Positions 26,820 to 39,579 of a stretch of DNA of 64,000 nt are shown in pieces. Both the position numbers and the translations under genes were made by a program. The notes under the pieces are model-generated. The model saw nothing but the letters and a program-made list of their open reading frames with translations. It made no database searches and was not told the origin of the DNA. Numbering within the stretch: position 1 is the stretch's first letter; each line of letters begins with the position of its first letter. Origin of the DNA: Epiperipatus broadwayi (lineage: Eukaryota; Animalia; Onychophora); contig JAQFVV010000005.1 of the NCBI GenBank assembly GCA_028023455.1, positions 7,316,001 to 7,380,000 on the forward strand, in the 5' to 3' direction.

Positions 26820-29400
26820 CTTTAGTCTTGATTAGTCTATAGTCTAGTAGATCTAAAGTTTTTGGAGAAAAATATCATGTTTATTTTAAAATTAGTTACA
26901 TTGCAGGTTTGAAATGAAAAAAGTAAATAGTTTTTCAGAGTGTAAGTATACTTTTTTTAATTATATGTAGCCGTACTCACATTAGTGCTTTTAATAACTT
27001 TGGATTTAAATTAACTTTTACATTATACTGGTTGTAGGGAACAAAGATTGAGGCTACAGTAGCAACTTTCTCTGTGCAATGTTGCCACCTAGTTGTGATG
27101 TTATAGTGGTTTAAAGATAATTATTTGTTGTAGTCATTTGGAATTAAATTAAAATTTTGGCTTGGTAGTATTTTTAATTAAGATTATCATATTTATTTTA
27201 TTGGCTGACATCATTTTAAAGTTGATTGTTTAAAACATTCAAAAAGGCAGCCAAATTATAAATATATTTGAATTATTGCAGGCTTTTCAACTTAAAAGAG
27301 TTTTCATTTATTACCAACTTAGATAAAATCATAAATATAAACTGTTATATCTGCATTTTGTAATAATCTGCTACAGCTGGAATGAAATCACACAAATTAG
27401 AACAAAAATCATCTAAATATTTTGGGAACCTGCATTAAAAAACAAAATGGAAATAATTATAAATAATGCATTAAAATTTATCAGTTTAAAATAAGGATAG
27501 ACCATGGCTTTATTTTCAAAAAGATTTTTTTCTTGCAGATAATATGCCCGACTCTTCTAAATATTTGTTTCATTTTATTCCTAGTAGTTAAATATTATTA
27601 ATCTATTGAGAATGAAATTATATTCATCTATTTCATACATGTGGTCTTAGAATTTTGAGATCCAATTTAAGACTTCAAATGTCTTTTTTAACTTTATTTA
27701 AACTTCTTAATTCTTTCAATTATGTCATTGATAATTGTTTGTTCTCTTATTCATATTTTGCTTTTGATCTCAACCCATAAATCTCATCGTAATTCCTCCA
27801 TGCATTGCTATGGAAACTGCAGTTTTTTTATTGGTCTATTATTAAGTATTCAAATTTCAGATCCAAGTCATAAACATTACCATAAGCCAAAACTACAATA
27901 GCCATTTGACATAGTTTTCATCATTGTTAATGGGGATTTCATACTAAAACATAGATTCTGAATTGGTGGTTATTTTTATTGACCTTCATTTGTAGAATCT
28001 TTGTTGGTTTTAGTTGTACACTACATGTTGATGCTTTTATTTTTCTTTGGGCCTAAAACTATATTTTTTTATATATTTGAAAGTAAGTGTGATTGGAAAT
28101 TATGGATTAAGAATTACTACAATACAGTACAGAGTGACAGTTATTAGAAATAATATTGTTTTTTTTTTAAAAATTATTTACTCTCACTCTATTTGATATC
28201 CATATACTGTAAACTTGAATAGTCAGTACTCATTAGATGTTATAATGCTATAAGGTCTCCATTGTCAAATCATGTCCGGTTTTAAACCTTTATCAATGAG
28301 GAGTAAGACTAGCAGCTATCTTTTATTTCTTTATAGTATTTAAGCTAATAGTCCAAAATTTAAAAAAGAAAACCTTAAGGTTTTGACCCTAGGTCAAAAT
28401 GCTTGCATAATTATATAAATCAGATACCAAATTACTTTTTGTATATTTTAGAGATTCTTTCGGATATACACGAACTGCCTCTGTCTTTAGTTAGGAAGGT
28501 ATATAGGAACAACAATGTTACATAACTTTATACATTTGTTTGAATCCTTTCAAGAGCAATTATTTTCACCCTATTGTAGAACTATCTAATCTAAGCTTGA
28601 ATAATTGATTTACATCATGGGTGTAATGCTATAATGTCTACATTTCTAGACTCGTTTTTGATTTATATTTTTGTCATTGAGATTTAGGATTTAAACGTGG
28701 AACTGATGCACTTATATGTCAAGTTTTTGCACTTACATATCAAGTTTTTACTTTATATTATTCAAGCTATTAGTTTGAAACTCAAAATACTATTAAAGAA
28801 TAAATGATGGCTTCTGCATTAGTTCTGCTTTGAATCTTAATTGTCACTTATAAAAGCAAAAGCCACAAACTGATCTGGGAATATATGTGCAGCACATGTT
28901 GATTTAATACTCAATTTTATAGTAGATGTCTATAGAGTATACCAATAAATATATGAAAAAGTTATGTGATATTGTTGTTGGCATTATTAGTCTGTTATTA
29001 GAAATTGATTACTATTTTGCATGCCCACATCATTCTTATTTTTCAAAAAAATTTTTTTTTTCTTTTTAATAATTATACACTTCAAGCTATATTGATAATT
29101 GTCTATTGTGATTAACTCCATAAGGAGATGAGTAGTTAAGCCAACAACATTTATTTATACATGTTAAAAAAGGAATTCAGTTAAGCTTATATGAAAGACA
29201 TATAAAAGAATCTTATATAGCAAACTATGTATATACTATATTAATTAAATATATCATGATCTCATATGAACCTTTATGGAGAGTTACATATATTCAAATA
29301 TATATACTATCTTAGGGGTGAATGAAATTATTGCCTAAAGATTAGATTACTCTCCTACAAACCTCGTGCAAATTCATAATCTAACCAACATCAAAAGTGT
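26820..29400 (+). repeat. Diverged segmental duplicate of 13310-14480 plus 17600-18500 (without the young RTE)
   Basis: Collinear matching blocks, e.g. ctgacatcatttta (13587 / about 27205), caattatg.cattga.aattgtttgt (14177 / 27718), caagagcaa (17745 / 28551), tgatta.tattttgcatg (18215 / 29005). Confidence 0.75.
26907..26941 (+). other. Paralogous candidate 35-nt exon
   Basis: Context acattgcAG|35 nt|GTAAGT, matching 13383-13417. Confidence 0.45.
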
Positions 29401-31101
29401 TTTGTTTTGATAGAAAAAACTCAGATTGTAGATATCAGTTTTAATTTATAGACAGACAATAGAAGTATTGGAAGTCTTTACGTGAATGGGATTCATTCTT
29501 CAGTGAATGATATTCTTACAGTATTCACAGAATCCTATTTGGAAGCTTATGCATTATATAGATTTGTTATAGTAATGTACTACATTCCTCCTATCTGGGA
29601 TTTAATATCCTTTATTTGTGTCAAGTTGTTTTAAAATCTTGCAGTATGTTGTGGTTTCTACTTTGTTCTGCTCCCCCCACTCCTATAGACTGGGGATGCT
29701 GTTTTGACTTTGAGTGTGACTCTGCTCTGGGTGCTTTCATCACTTTGAATGCCATCTCTACTTCAATTATCTATTTTGGTAGCTGTTTCTAAGGTGGGTG
29801 CTATTTCTACCTCAGCTGTTGTCTGCTTTCTTAGTTTTCGAAGATTTATTGCATTGGTTCATCAGCTTTCAGTTGGTTGTGATATCTGTATATGAAATGC
29901 CCTTCACTGTTTTCCATTGAAGAGTATAAATTTGCTAAGTTGTCTTAATATTTTCACAACCATTATTTTTCACTGCTGTAATAGCATATTTATGTATTGA
30001 GATGCATATATAGATAAAATTTGAAAGGAAAAGTAGAAATGAACCAAAACAAATGTTATTGTATAAGTTTATTCAAAGTGTATGAAGTACAATGGCTGAA
30101 ATAATGATTAAATAATAATTTTATTATTATAAATTATTTTAAGATTAAATGCAATAATCTTGACTTTTCTTAACTTTTCTGATTTTGACCAATATAAAAT
30201 ATTTTTGGAAAACATTGTTTTTTTCTATATAGCATACTTTAATACTAATTAATTCTATAAATCTGTTTTAGTTAAAGAAAGATTTTTTGTCTAATTGGTT
30301 TTAATCAAGGTAAATCAAAAAAACAAGATGATAGAGTTAAATTATTGTCGTCTTTTTATTAATCAAGAAAAAAAAAAAATCTAACTTAATTATCCTTTAT
30401 TCAAATTCCACTATAGAGTATGAATAGTGGATTTAAATGAACTGATTAGTATTAAGCAATTTGACTATAGAGAATGCAGTTGTAGTGTGTATTGAAAGTC
30501 AGCTCCAAAGAATCCTCTTCAATCTCCATATTGGTCAAATTTGAACTTTCGTAGAAAAAGGGATACCTTCTCTTTGAATTCCTAGCCCAATATGTGAGAA
30601 GTTGACCATTTGTGACTGCAGTCTAGCAAGTTAGAAACTGAATGGAATTGAGGATTGCCAACACTTACTGGATATAGCCAATCCTAAACATGACCACAAT
30701 ACTCCAGTTCTGTATATTATTATATATGCTGCTCTGTACAAATATATGCATGGAAACACAGAAAAGAATTACACATATATTTTGAAATATTAATTCCAAA
30801 AGAATGAAAAAAAAAATGTATTCCACATAAGTTATTTTACTTGGATTTATTTTTTTTAAAAAAGAAAAATTTCTTACAGTAATTTACATGTGACATCTGA
30901 CTTGATTTTTTATTATTTTAGTAATTACATAAACAATTTTGAAGCAGTTTACTAGTAAAAATGGATTTGAGAATTTTTTTTTTAAAAGTTAGAGAATAAC
31001 AGTTATTGCCTAATTGAAAAATATGAAACTTATCCTGATTTAAGCAAGGAAATAATTTTGATAAAATTAAATTAATTATCAGATGGATTTGGAAGAAAAA
31101 T

Positions 31102-31821
31102 TGTTATATCTCAACTTGCCTTCAAATAATGGATTAATCCAGATTCCTTTCTTATTGTGATCAGATTGATCATTCATTGCTAATAACCAATGCGTATAGA
31201 TAAAGATAAAACAGCCAATGGCAAGAACAGGCCTATAGGCAATGATGCTAATGTTTCCCTTAAGTTTGGGGATCTGGCAATAAATAGTCCGCATTTTTGA
31301 AGGTAATGGAGAGAATGACTCAATCTGAAAGATGGTATCTATTCCCAGAGCAACTGTTAAACCTGAAAAACAGCAGCCTGGTTCTCCATATATGGTCAAG
31401 GAATATCCCTGCTAACCTGAACAGCAGTGATTGTTCTCCAGATTATACCTATTTAAGCTAACAGTCGATGCAGCAAGGCAAGTCCATGTTTAGCTTTCAG
31501 AACCAAAGCCGATTTGAGGCATGCTATAAATACAGAGAAAAGTCACCATACCTAATAATGAGGCAGGCTGTCAAGTACAACTGGAAGTGGGTAGAGAAAT
31601 CTATAAGGGCATATACAGTCCTTCAACAGTTCACATACAAACTGAATGCTGTACCCCGGTAGACAGTAGCAAATAGAGTATAGCCATTATTACTTAAATC
31701 TGTAAATATTGTAAATATATTAAAAATCAAGTGTATTTTGTATTATATATTACTAATAAATATTAAAATGAAAAATATTTGTTTGTGTTTATATGAATAA
31801 TCCAGACTAAACAACACAACA
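31102..31821 (+). mobile_element. Solo LTR (720 bp), related to 7262-7891
   Basis: TGTTATA...ACAACA termini. Shared blocks gggatctgg..ataaatagtc, ctgctaac..aacagcag and taatccagac.aaac with 7262-7891. Flanks aaaat / aaaac (4 of 5 TSD match). Confidence 0.7.
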
Positions 31822-32720
31822 AAAACTTTCTTTAAATTAGAACAAAATAACTTTCAATTGGAATTTTTAAAGATGGTTACAGTTAAGAATAATCCGAAAA
31901 AAAGGAACTTTCATGTAGGACTTTCAAAGAAATACTGTTTTGTTTTGTTTTTTATTTTAAAACATTTAAAAATTGTAACTTATAAGGTGAAAGTAATTAG
32001 AATTAGTAACCAGAATATTTTATTTTGTGTTGGAGTAAGCATGCTTATGTACCCTTTGTATATTGTTAATATTGGTTTATAATATTAACAAATGAATATT
32101 ATTTGTATATTATAGTGTGAATGGTCTATGCATGTATAACTTAAATTATATATTTTCAGCAGGAAAAGATTAGCTTATTAATGGATAAGATATTTTTTAT
32201 ATTATAATGTGCACCACATCTGAATTCCTTAATAATTATTTAGAACAAATTAACACCATCTACAATTTATATATATATGAATTATTTATTACTAATTTTC
32301 TTTTCTGAGCCAATGTAATATATGTTAAAATGAAATATTGTAAAATTAAAAAATCAGATATATTAATCTTTAACTGAGGTTTAAAGTTTATATCTGTGCT
32401 AGAGATAATCTCTAGTTTCGAAAATGATTAGTAATAATCATTAGTATATTTATCAGAAATGGATGGCGTCAAAGTTGTGAATGGAGGAAGTTTGACAATG
32501 GTAAATGAAAAAGTAACAATTTACTCTAGATAAATACTTTGCATATAATAAAGATATATATGAGAGATAGTGACCTGGGCCAAGTGATGAGTGCTGGTTC
32601 AGCACAAAATGCATCTTGGGGGTCAATTGTCTTTTATTGTATCTTTATTTATATGAATTTAAAAAGAATGGGGAAGTATGGAGGTGTTTATTATTTCTAT
32701 AGTTTTTTTAATATTTAGCT

Positions 32721-33146
32721 TTATTACTGCTTAGCATGCTTTCAATATATATTTTACTACATCATATTCATAGCACATGGTGGTGGTGTGATTAAATGAC
32801 TCTTTATATCAGTGTTTAATCTATAGCCAGTTTACAGAATAACTGGCTATAGTTTCGAGTTAACAAAAGCAGAGATGTGTATTTAGAGAAGATAGAAAGT
32901 AGAAGATCAAAGAAGCATGTGTAAAAGCTAGTGACTGTTTTTCTATTAACAAAAAAGAAAGAAGTGTACCCATTTCAAAGAAATGAACTATTTGAATATT
33001 CAAATTTAAATGTTAAATTAAAATTGAATACATGAACAGTTAATTAAATATTAACATTAATATATAGGACCATTTAATCACAGCACCACAATATGCCATG
33101 AGTATGATATAGTAAAATATATTGAAAGTATGCTAAGCAGTAATAA
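32721..33146. mobile_element. MITE-like element with about 100-bp TIRs
   Basis: ttattactgcttagcatgctttcaatat...gtgattaaatg is the reverse complement of catttaatcac...tattgaaagtatgctaagcagtaataa. Internal small hairpin ctatagccag/ctggctatag. Confidence 0.8.
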
Positions 33147-34404
33147 TGCTACCTTTTCTGTGAGTATTTTCATTTTATCAGATATATATTTGTAAACTAA
33201 AAATTAAATAATGTTACATGTATAGTTTTGTTTGACAATTTATGTAAATTTCTTTTTGTAAGTCAAAATCAGAATAATGTATTTGTGTTATATAGTACTT
33301 AACAGTATTTTTTAATAATTATTTCTAATTAATAAATTTATTAATCATTGTTTATTCTAATGAAATTATTTAACCTAAAATAGATTAAGTTTTTTTTATG
33401 TCTACTTTCTTTTTTTCACAATCATAATCCCTAGGATCTTTGCAATCCCAAGCTAGTTTCGAGCACATTTATGTTTCCTGTATATAGATCTGGATATATA
33501 TGTGTGTGTGAACATTCAGAGTATTCTCTGAATAACATGATGGCAATGACCCTCTTTAAAAACTATTCACTTAGTGATAAGTATTATTCCAATATTTTCT
33601 AGTATTCATTGCAACTGATGACCCAGAGTATTGATGATAGGAAACATTGCTAGAGTGATTTCTGAATTTTTGATATAGGACTATTTTAACAGTTATGGAT
33701 TGCCTTGCCTTTTTAATGTGCCCTGAGTTTGGCATTGGCTGAATGATAATTAGTCTATTCTATAATATATCTATCTCTTTTAAATGTAGTCATAAAGGAT
33801 GACTTGATTTGATTAGCGCTGCTGATATGTTTATGACATGTATAGTTATTCTTATTAACTTCCAATGGTGATTTGCTATGGTCAGTGTTGAGGTTAATGT
33901 TTGGGGATGATGATGCCCATTTTCCTTGATGTTTTCCATCATCATGACCCATTACCCCATTTTTTTACTATTACAGTATATATTGTAACCCCATGGCCCA
34001 TAATACTCTTAGTTTAACTGTATTAGCATAAGAACAGGATCTATAATAAAGTACTAATAAAATAAAACGGAGTAAACATGAATATAAGAACAGAGCAGGC
34101 TGACTAGGATGAGAGTAAGCATATGAGTAGAGCATGAATAGAGGTTACAGTACTAAAGATATTACGTACATTGACTCTAAATCCTTTATATTCTAACATT
34201 ACATAAAACACACAGATTAAGCTAACTCTTAACACATGAAAGATAATAATATTAAGAGACGTGCTTAACTTGCAATTATATGAGATGATTAATAAACAGG
34301 AAGCGATCTGTCTAGGAAATGATCATGAAATTAGCAGCATGAAATGAATGACAAATGAATAAAGACGTAGAAGATTAAAAAGGATAATGAAGAGTAAATA
34401 ATGA

Positions 34405-37400
34405 TTAATTAATTAATCCATTTTTTATATAAAAATCTTTATTCTTTGTACAATGCTTACATAACACCCATCAACATTAACAGTTTCGATTGCCCCTGCA
34501 ATCTTCTTCAGAAACATAAAATATATACATATAAATATACAAATTATATAAAACCTATACATCATCATCATCAACCATTGTCAATCCACTGCAGGATGAA
34601 GGTCTCCAAGTTCAATCCATCTTTTTCTATCTTTAGCTTCTCTTCTACACATCACCCCTGCACACTTTCTTATTTCATCCATCCATCTCACATGTGGTCT
34701 CTTTCTGGGTCTTTTACAATCTCTTGGAATCCAGTTTAAAATTTCAATTGTCCATCTGTTATCATCTCTTCTAACAATATGTCCAGCCCAACTCCACTTC
34801 AGTCTTTTAATTTTTTCAATGAGGTCAGTAACACCTGTTTGTTCTCTTACCCATACATTGCATTTTCGATCCCTTCTTGTTACTCCCAACATGCATCTCT
34901 CCATACTTCTTTGAGTGGTCTGAAGTCTCTGTATTGCTCTTCTATTAAGTGTCCAAGTCTCAGATCCATAAGTAAGAACTGGCAAAACACATTTATTAAA
35001 AACCTTCCTTTTCAAACACATAGGCATATTTCCTTTTAGTATCAAGTTATTTCTACCAAAAGCACTCCAACCAAGTTTAATTCTATGATTAATTTCATCC
35101 ATTATATTTCCATCTTAATAATCTGACCAAGGTATTTGTAACTGTTACTTCTTCTAACTCATCATAATCAATCTTTATTTTCATATTTTGAGAAAATCTA
35201 TTAAACATTACTTTAGTCTTTTTAACATTTATCTTTAGTCCTACTTTTCATCTGATAACTCCTGCAACATTTCCTGTAGCTCTAAAGCATTATTTGCAAA
35301 AACAACTACATCATCTGCAAAATCTAAATGACTTAAATAATCTCCATTTACTTTCACTCCTTTAGTTTCCCATTTTAATCCACAAAATACTTCTTGCAGC
35401 ACTGCTGTAAAAAGTTTTACACCCTTTTCAATGTTGATTTTCCTACTATCATTATGTAATCTAATTGTTGCTGTTGCATTTTTATAAATATTCTTCAAAA
35501 TATGACAATATCCTGGATCTACACCTTGATGATCCAATGCTTTAATCACTGAAGAAATGTTTATAGAATCAAATGCCTTTTCATAGTCTACAAATCCTAA
35601 GCATAATGGCAACTCATATTCATTTGTCCTTTCTATAATTTCTCTCAATACCTGGATATGATCTACTGTACTAAAACCACTTTTAAATCCAGCTTGTTCT
35701 CTTGGTTGGTGGAAATCCAGTGTTTTCTGTAGACGAGTTGTAATTATCTTAGTAAAAATTTTGTATAAAACTGATAAAAGACTGATAGGTCTGTAATTTC
35801 TAATATCTTCTTTATCACCTTTTTTAAATATTAATATTAATACTGCATTCTTCCAATCATCTGGTACATCTTTATCATTTAGACATTTGGTATATAACTT
35901 TGCTAAAATTTTTTCTATTTCTTCACCTGCTTCTTTTAATATATCAATTACAATTCCATCATTACCTGGAGCCTTCCCTTTCTTCATAAATTTAATTGCA
36001 TGTCTCACTTCCTCATTCAAAATTCTGGGCAATTCCGAAGATATAATATGTATAGGAGGCACTTGTTCTTTATTACTATATAATTCTTGATAGAAGTCTT
36101 CTACACATTTTATGATGTCATCTCTCTTTTTAGTAATAATGCCATCTTTTTTTCTTATTGCAGATATAAATTTCCTACCAATACCAAAATGTTGTTTTAC
36201 ACTCTTTAGACTTTTATTCTCTTCTACAGCTTTCCTTGCTAGTTCACAATTATACTTTCTTATATCGTTTTCAACTCTTTTCCGCACCATTTTACAAAAT
36301 TCGAGATATTCAATCTTTTTTAATGCATCATTGCTGTATATCCTCATATTCCTTTTCTTCATAAATTCTCTAGTCTCAGTAGAAATTTTACTGGTCAATT
36401 GTTGCTTTTTTCTACCAGCTATCTTTGTTGCAGTTTTTAAAAGTGTATCACTTATTTTCCTATTAATGTCATTCAAATCTGAATCATGTTCAAAATCTAC
36501 TAATACTTGAAACCGATTTGTAAGTTCTAATTTAAATTCATTAGAATGTTTCTGAAGATTAGGAATATCAACTGTAAATATTGTTTTTCTTAATAATTTT
36601 TGTCTCTCTAGTTTTACATTAACATGTATCTTACATCTTACTAATCGGTGATCACTTCCTGTGTTAAATTTATTAAGAACATTACAATCTTGAAATATGT
36701 ATTTTCGGTTAGTCAAAATATAATCCAATTCTGCTGTACCTTCATTTGGATGCTTCCATGTCCATTTCCTTTTAACATTTTTCTCAAAAAAAGAATTCAT
36801 AATATAAAGGTTTTTTTTCCTGCAAACTCCACAAGTCTATGTCCTCTCTCATTTCTATTACCATAACCAAAATTACCTACAGCATTTTCATCTTTCATTT
36901 GTGTACCAATTCTAGCATTAAAGTCTCCCATAACAATTTTAAAATGTTGTTTACTCTGATCAAAAGCCTTTTGTACATCCATATAAAAATCTTCTATAAC
37001 TTCATCACTATGAGAACTTGTTGGGGCATAAACCTGAATTATCTGCATTTGGTATCTGCTATTAAGTTGTAAAACTAATCTTGCCACTCTGTCTGATACA
37101 CCATCAATCTCCACAATGTTATTCTTCCATTTTTTATTTATAATGAATCCTACTCCACTTGTATTTCCAATATTTGTGCCTTTATAGTAGAGTATATGTC
37201 CACTTTTTAATTCAATTGTTTCTTCACCTTTTCTTCTAACTTCACAAAGTCCAATAATGTCCCATTTAATATAAGACAGTTCTTCTAACTCTTGCAATCT
37301 TCCTTCACTTGAAAGTGATCTGCAGTTGTAAGTACCTAAATAAAAAGTCGTCATCAAATGGCAGCCTGAGTCCGCAATCAGGGGATTCTTAGCACCCTCC

Positions 37401-37847
37401 GCCTTCGGCCACCAACTGCTGCCTTGGTTGGTGACTTTACAGCCTCCTGGGAATAAGGGCCATGATTTATTTTTGTCTGTCATGATTGTATATATTGAAA
37501 AAATATTCTTAAACTCGGAGGTAAAAAGCCAATAAACTCACCACGCTGGCTAATGCGTCTTGGTGAGCAGCCCATCCATGTTCATATACTATATGAATAA
37601 TCACATAGTAATAACAGCTGCAGCGACAAGAACGTATGGAGTGGACATTAGGAATTTGCCCTGCTCGGTTCCTTTAAGGCCTCCAAGAGGAATCAAAGGG
37701 TTTCCTTTCAGTTAATAGCAAAGTCCTTTCTGCAGCGTATACATAAGTATATATTCAATCAAAACTGTTGATGTTGATGGGTGTTATGTAAGCATTGTAC
37801 AAAGAATAAAGATTTTTATATAAAAAACGGATTAATTAATTAATTAA
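34405..37847. mobile_element. Short TIR/hairpin element (88-bp arms, (TTAA)n ends) split by the RTE
   Basis: 34405-34492 is the reverse complement of 37756-37843 with about 3 mismatches. Removing the LINE leaves a hairpin of roughly 260 bp. Confidence 0.8.
34563..37737 (-). mobile_element. RTE-clade LINE, near full length including 5' UTR
   Basis: ORF pieces 36797-37483 (GTYNCRSL...WDIIGLCEVRR endonuclease), 35241-36800 (RT, FADD) and 34581-35102. (GAT)n tail. Probable 7-bp TSD tatacat (34556-34562 / 37738-37744). Near-identical to 14545-17254. Confidence 0.95.
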
Positions 37848-38497
37848 GGCAATGCAATAAAGGAACAAATTAAGATTAAATAAATAATGATTAACTAATG
37901 TAAATGAATAGACCTAAGAATGAGAAGAAGAGAAAGGGAATGTGTTAAGATAGGGATAGTTAATTTTACAATGAAATGGGGATCAGTGAAGGATAAATAA
38001 ATTATGCTGGTGTAATAAAATGAGATGATGCTGGAACTAAAAGAAAATAAAGATATGGATGAATTATTACAACAATGTTAGTGATGACAAATGGGATCCT
38101 GAAATACTAATCTGAAGATACTGAAACAAAAACAAGGGGTTCTAAGTTTAAATAAAGAAAAGGGTTTAAATTTTTGGGATATTAATTAATCAATAAGAAC
38201 AATAAAACTAAAGATAAAGGGCTAAAGTTTGCACACCAAATGACGAGAAATAATTCTGACAAGCAAAATCAAAGTTTGAAATTACTAATCAATTTCCCAG
38301 GATTCATATGATTTTAGAATTTAACAATTTCATAGTGTATATTTGTATCAGAAGGAGGATTTTATGACTATCCAAATATAGAGAATTAAAATATATTACA
38401 TAAGGAGAATTACTAAAGGATATCTAACTTCTTTAATGGTAAAAATAAAAACAAAGTCTAAACTTTCTAATAACTCAATAAATCAATAATAATAAGA

Positions 38498-38740
38498 TAA
38501 ATACTTTTAAGACAGGCTTTTAACATGAATCATATGCGCCTTGAAATTTATAATAGTCATACCTTATCTTTACTTGCTGATAGAGGGACTTCTCAAACCA
38601 CGACCCAAGATAGCTACTTTTATAAAGATAAGAGTGGCCATCTTATCTTTAACCTAACTTTCCACTTATATAGGCCAATTTGAAGCATCTTTTTCAAGGT
38701 GCATATGATTCAGGTTAAAGGCCTATCTTAAAAGTATTTA
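38498..38740. mobile_element. MITE-like element with about 49-bp TIRs
   Basis: taaatacttttaagacaggcttttaacatgaatcatatgcgccttgaaa pairs with tttcaaggtgcatatgattcaggttaaaggcctatcttaaaagtattta. Internal hairpin taaagataaga/tcttatcttta. Confidence 0.8.
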
Positions 38741-39579
38741 CATATACTTCCTGTGCACTTAATAAATAATTACAACTTTACAATAATAAGGTAAACATAA
38801 TCATGTTAACCATTAGATAATCTTAAAATATTTTGATCGCAATTACAACAATAATAAAAGGACAATAGCAATATTTGTTAAATATTTTATGGCTGTTATA
38901 GATAAAACAATTGTAAGGTAATTTATGAAAATTAATGCTTACAAATTTCCTGAATTGCTTGTTATTTAACTTAACCCTGGTAGCCATTTTTTGCTGTAAC
39001 TTTAGTTTTGTTTGTGAATTTCAGTTTTCAAATTATCAGTCATAATGCATCCTTTTGTGGATGAAGGTTGCTTTAAAATTTACTTCATGCTTTATTAATG
39101 AACAACAATAATAAAAAATTATACTTTTTACTGTAGAAAATAATACATTTTAAGTAATATATATACTTTAAATAATAGATAAATTTCATTGACAGTTGGA
39201 AATGATCTTCATGTACATTTTAAAAAATAATAACAATCTCCCTCCAAGTTGTTACTAGCTAATTTATAAACTTATTAGCCAAGGGTCTGATTGTAAATCA
39301 ATAAGCCAATCAGATTATTTATTGTTAGTAGAAATATTTGCCTAAAATTAGCAAATCTTCACCTTTAAATCTTGATTATAACTAATTGAACTCTTTGCTA
39401 ATAATTTAGAATACTGTAAAAAAAATAATTTAATAATTAATTATATTATTTAATTTCCTAATCTTAAGTCTGTTGCTAAACTATTATGTAATAGTAAAAA
39501 TATTAAAGTAATTGTACGGCTTTATTTAAAGTAATGTTATATTATTATATCATAAATACTGTAACAATCCGGAGAAGGT

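Noticed and set aside
33612-33650. CTGATGA...GAAAC hammerhead-like spacing (also CTGATGA at about 47490 and 51424)
   Set aside because: Stems I-III cannot be formed; the 47.5-kb motif is absent in its paralog.
33420-33960. Possible old RT fragment on the minus strand (QGKWASSSP)
   Set aside because: Only one weak motif; too degenerate to support a call.
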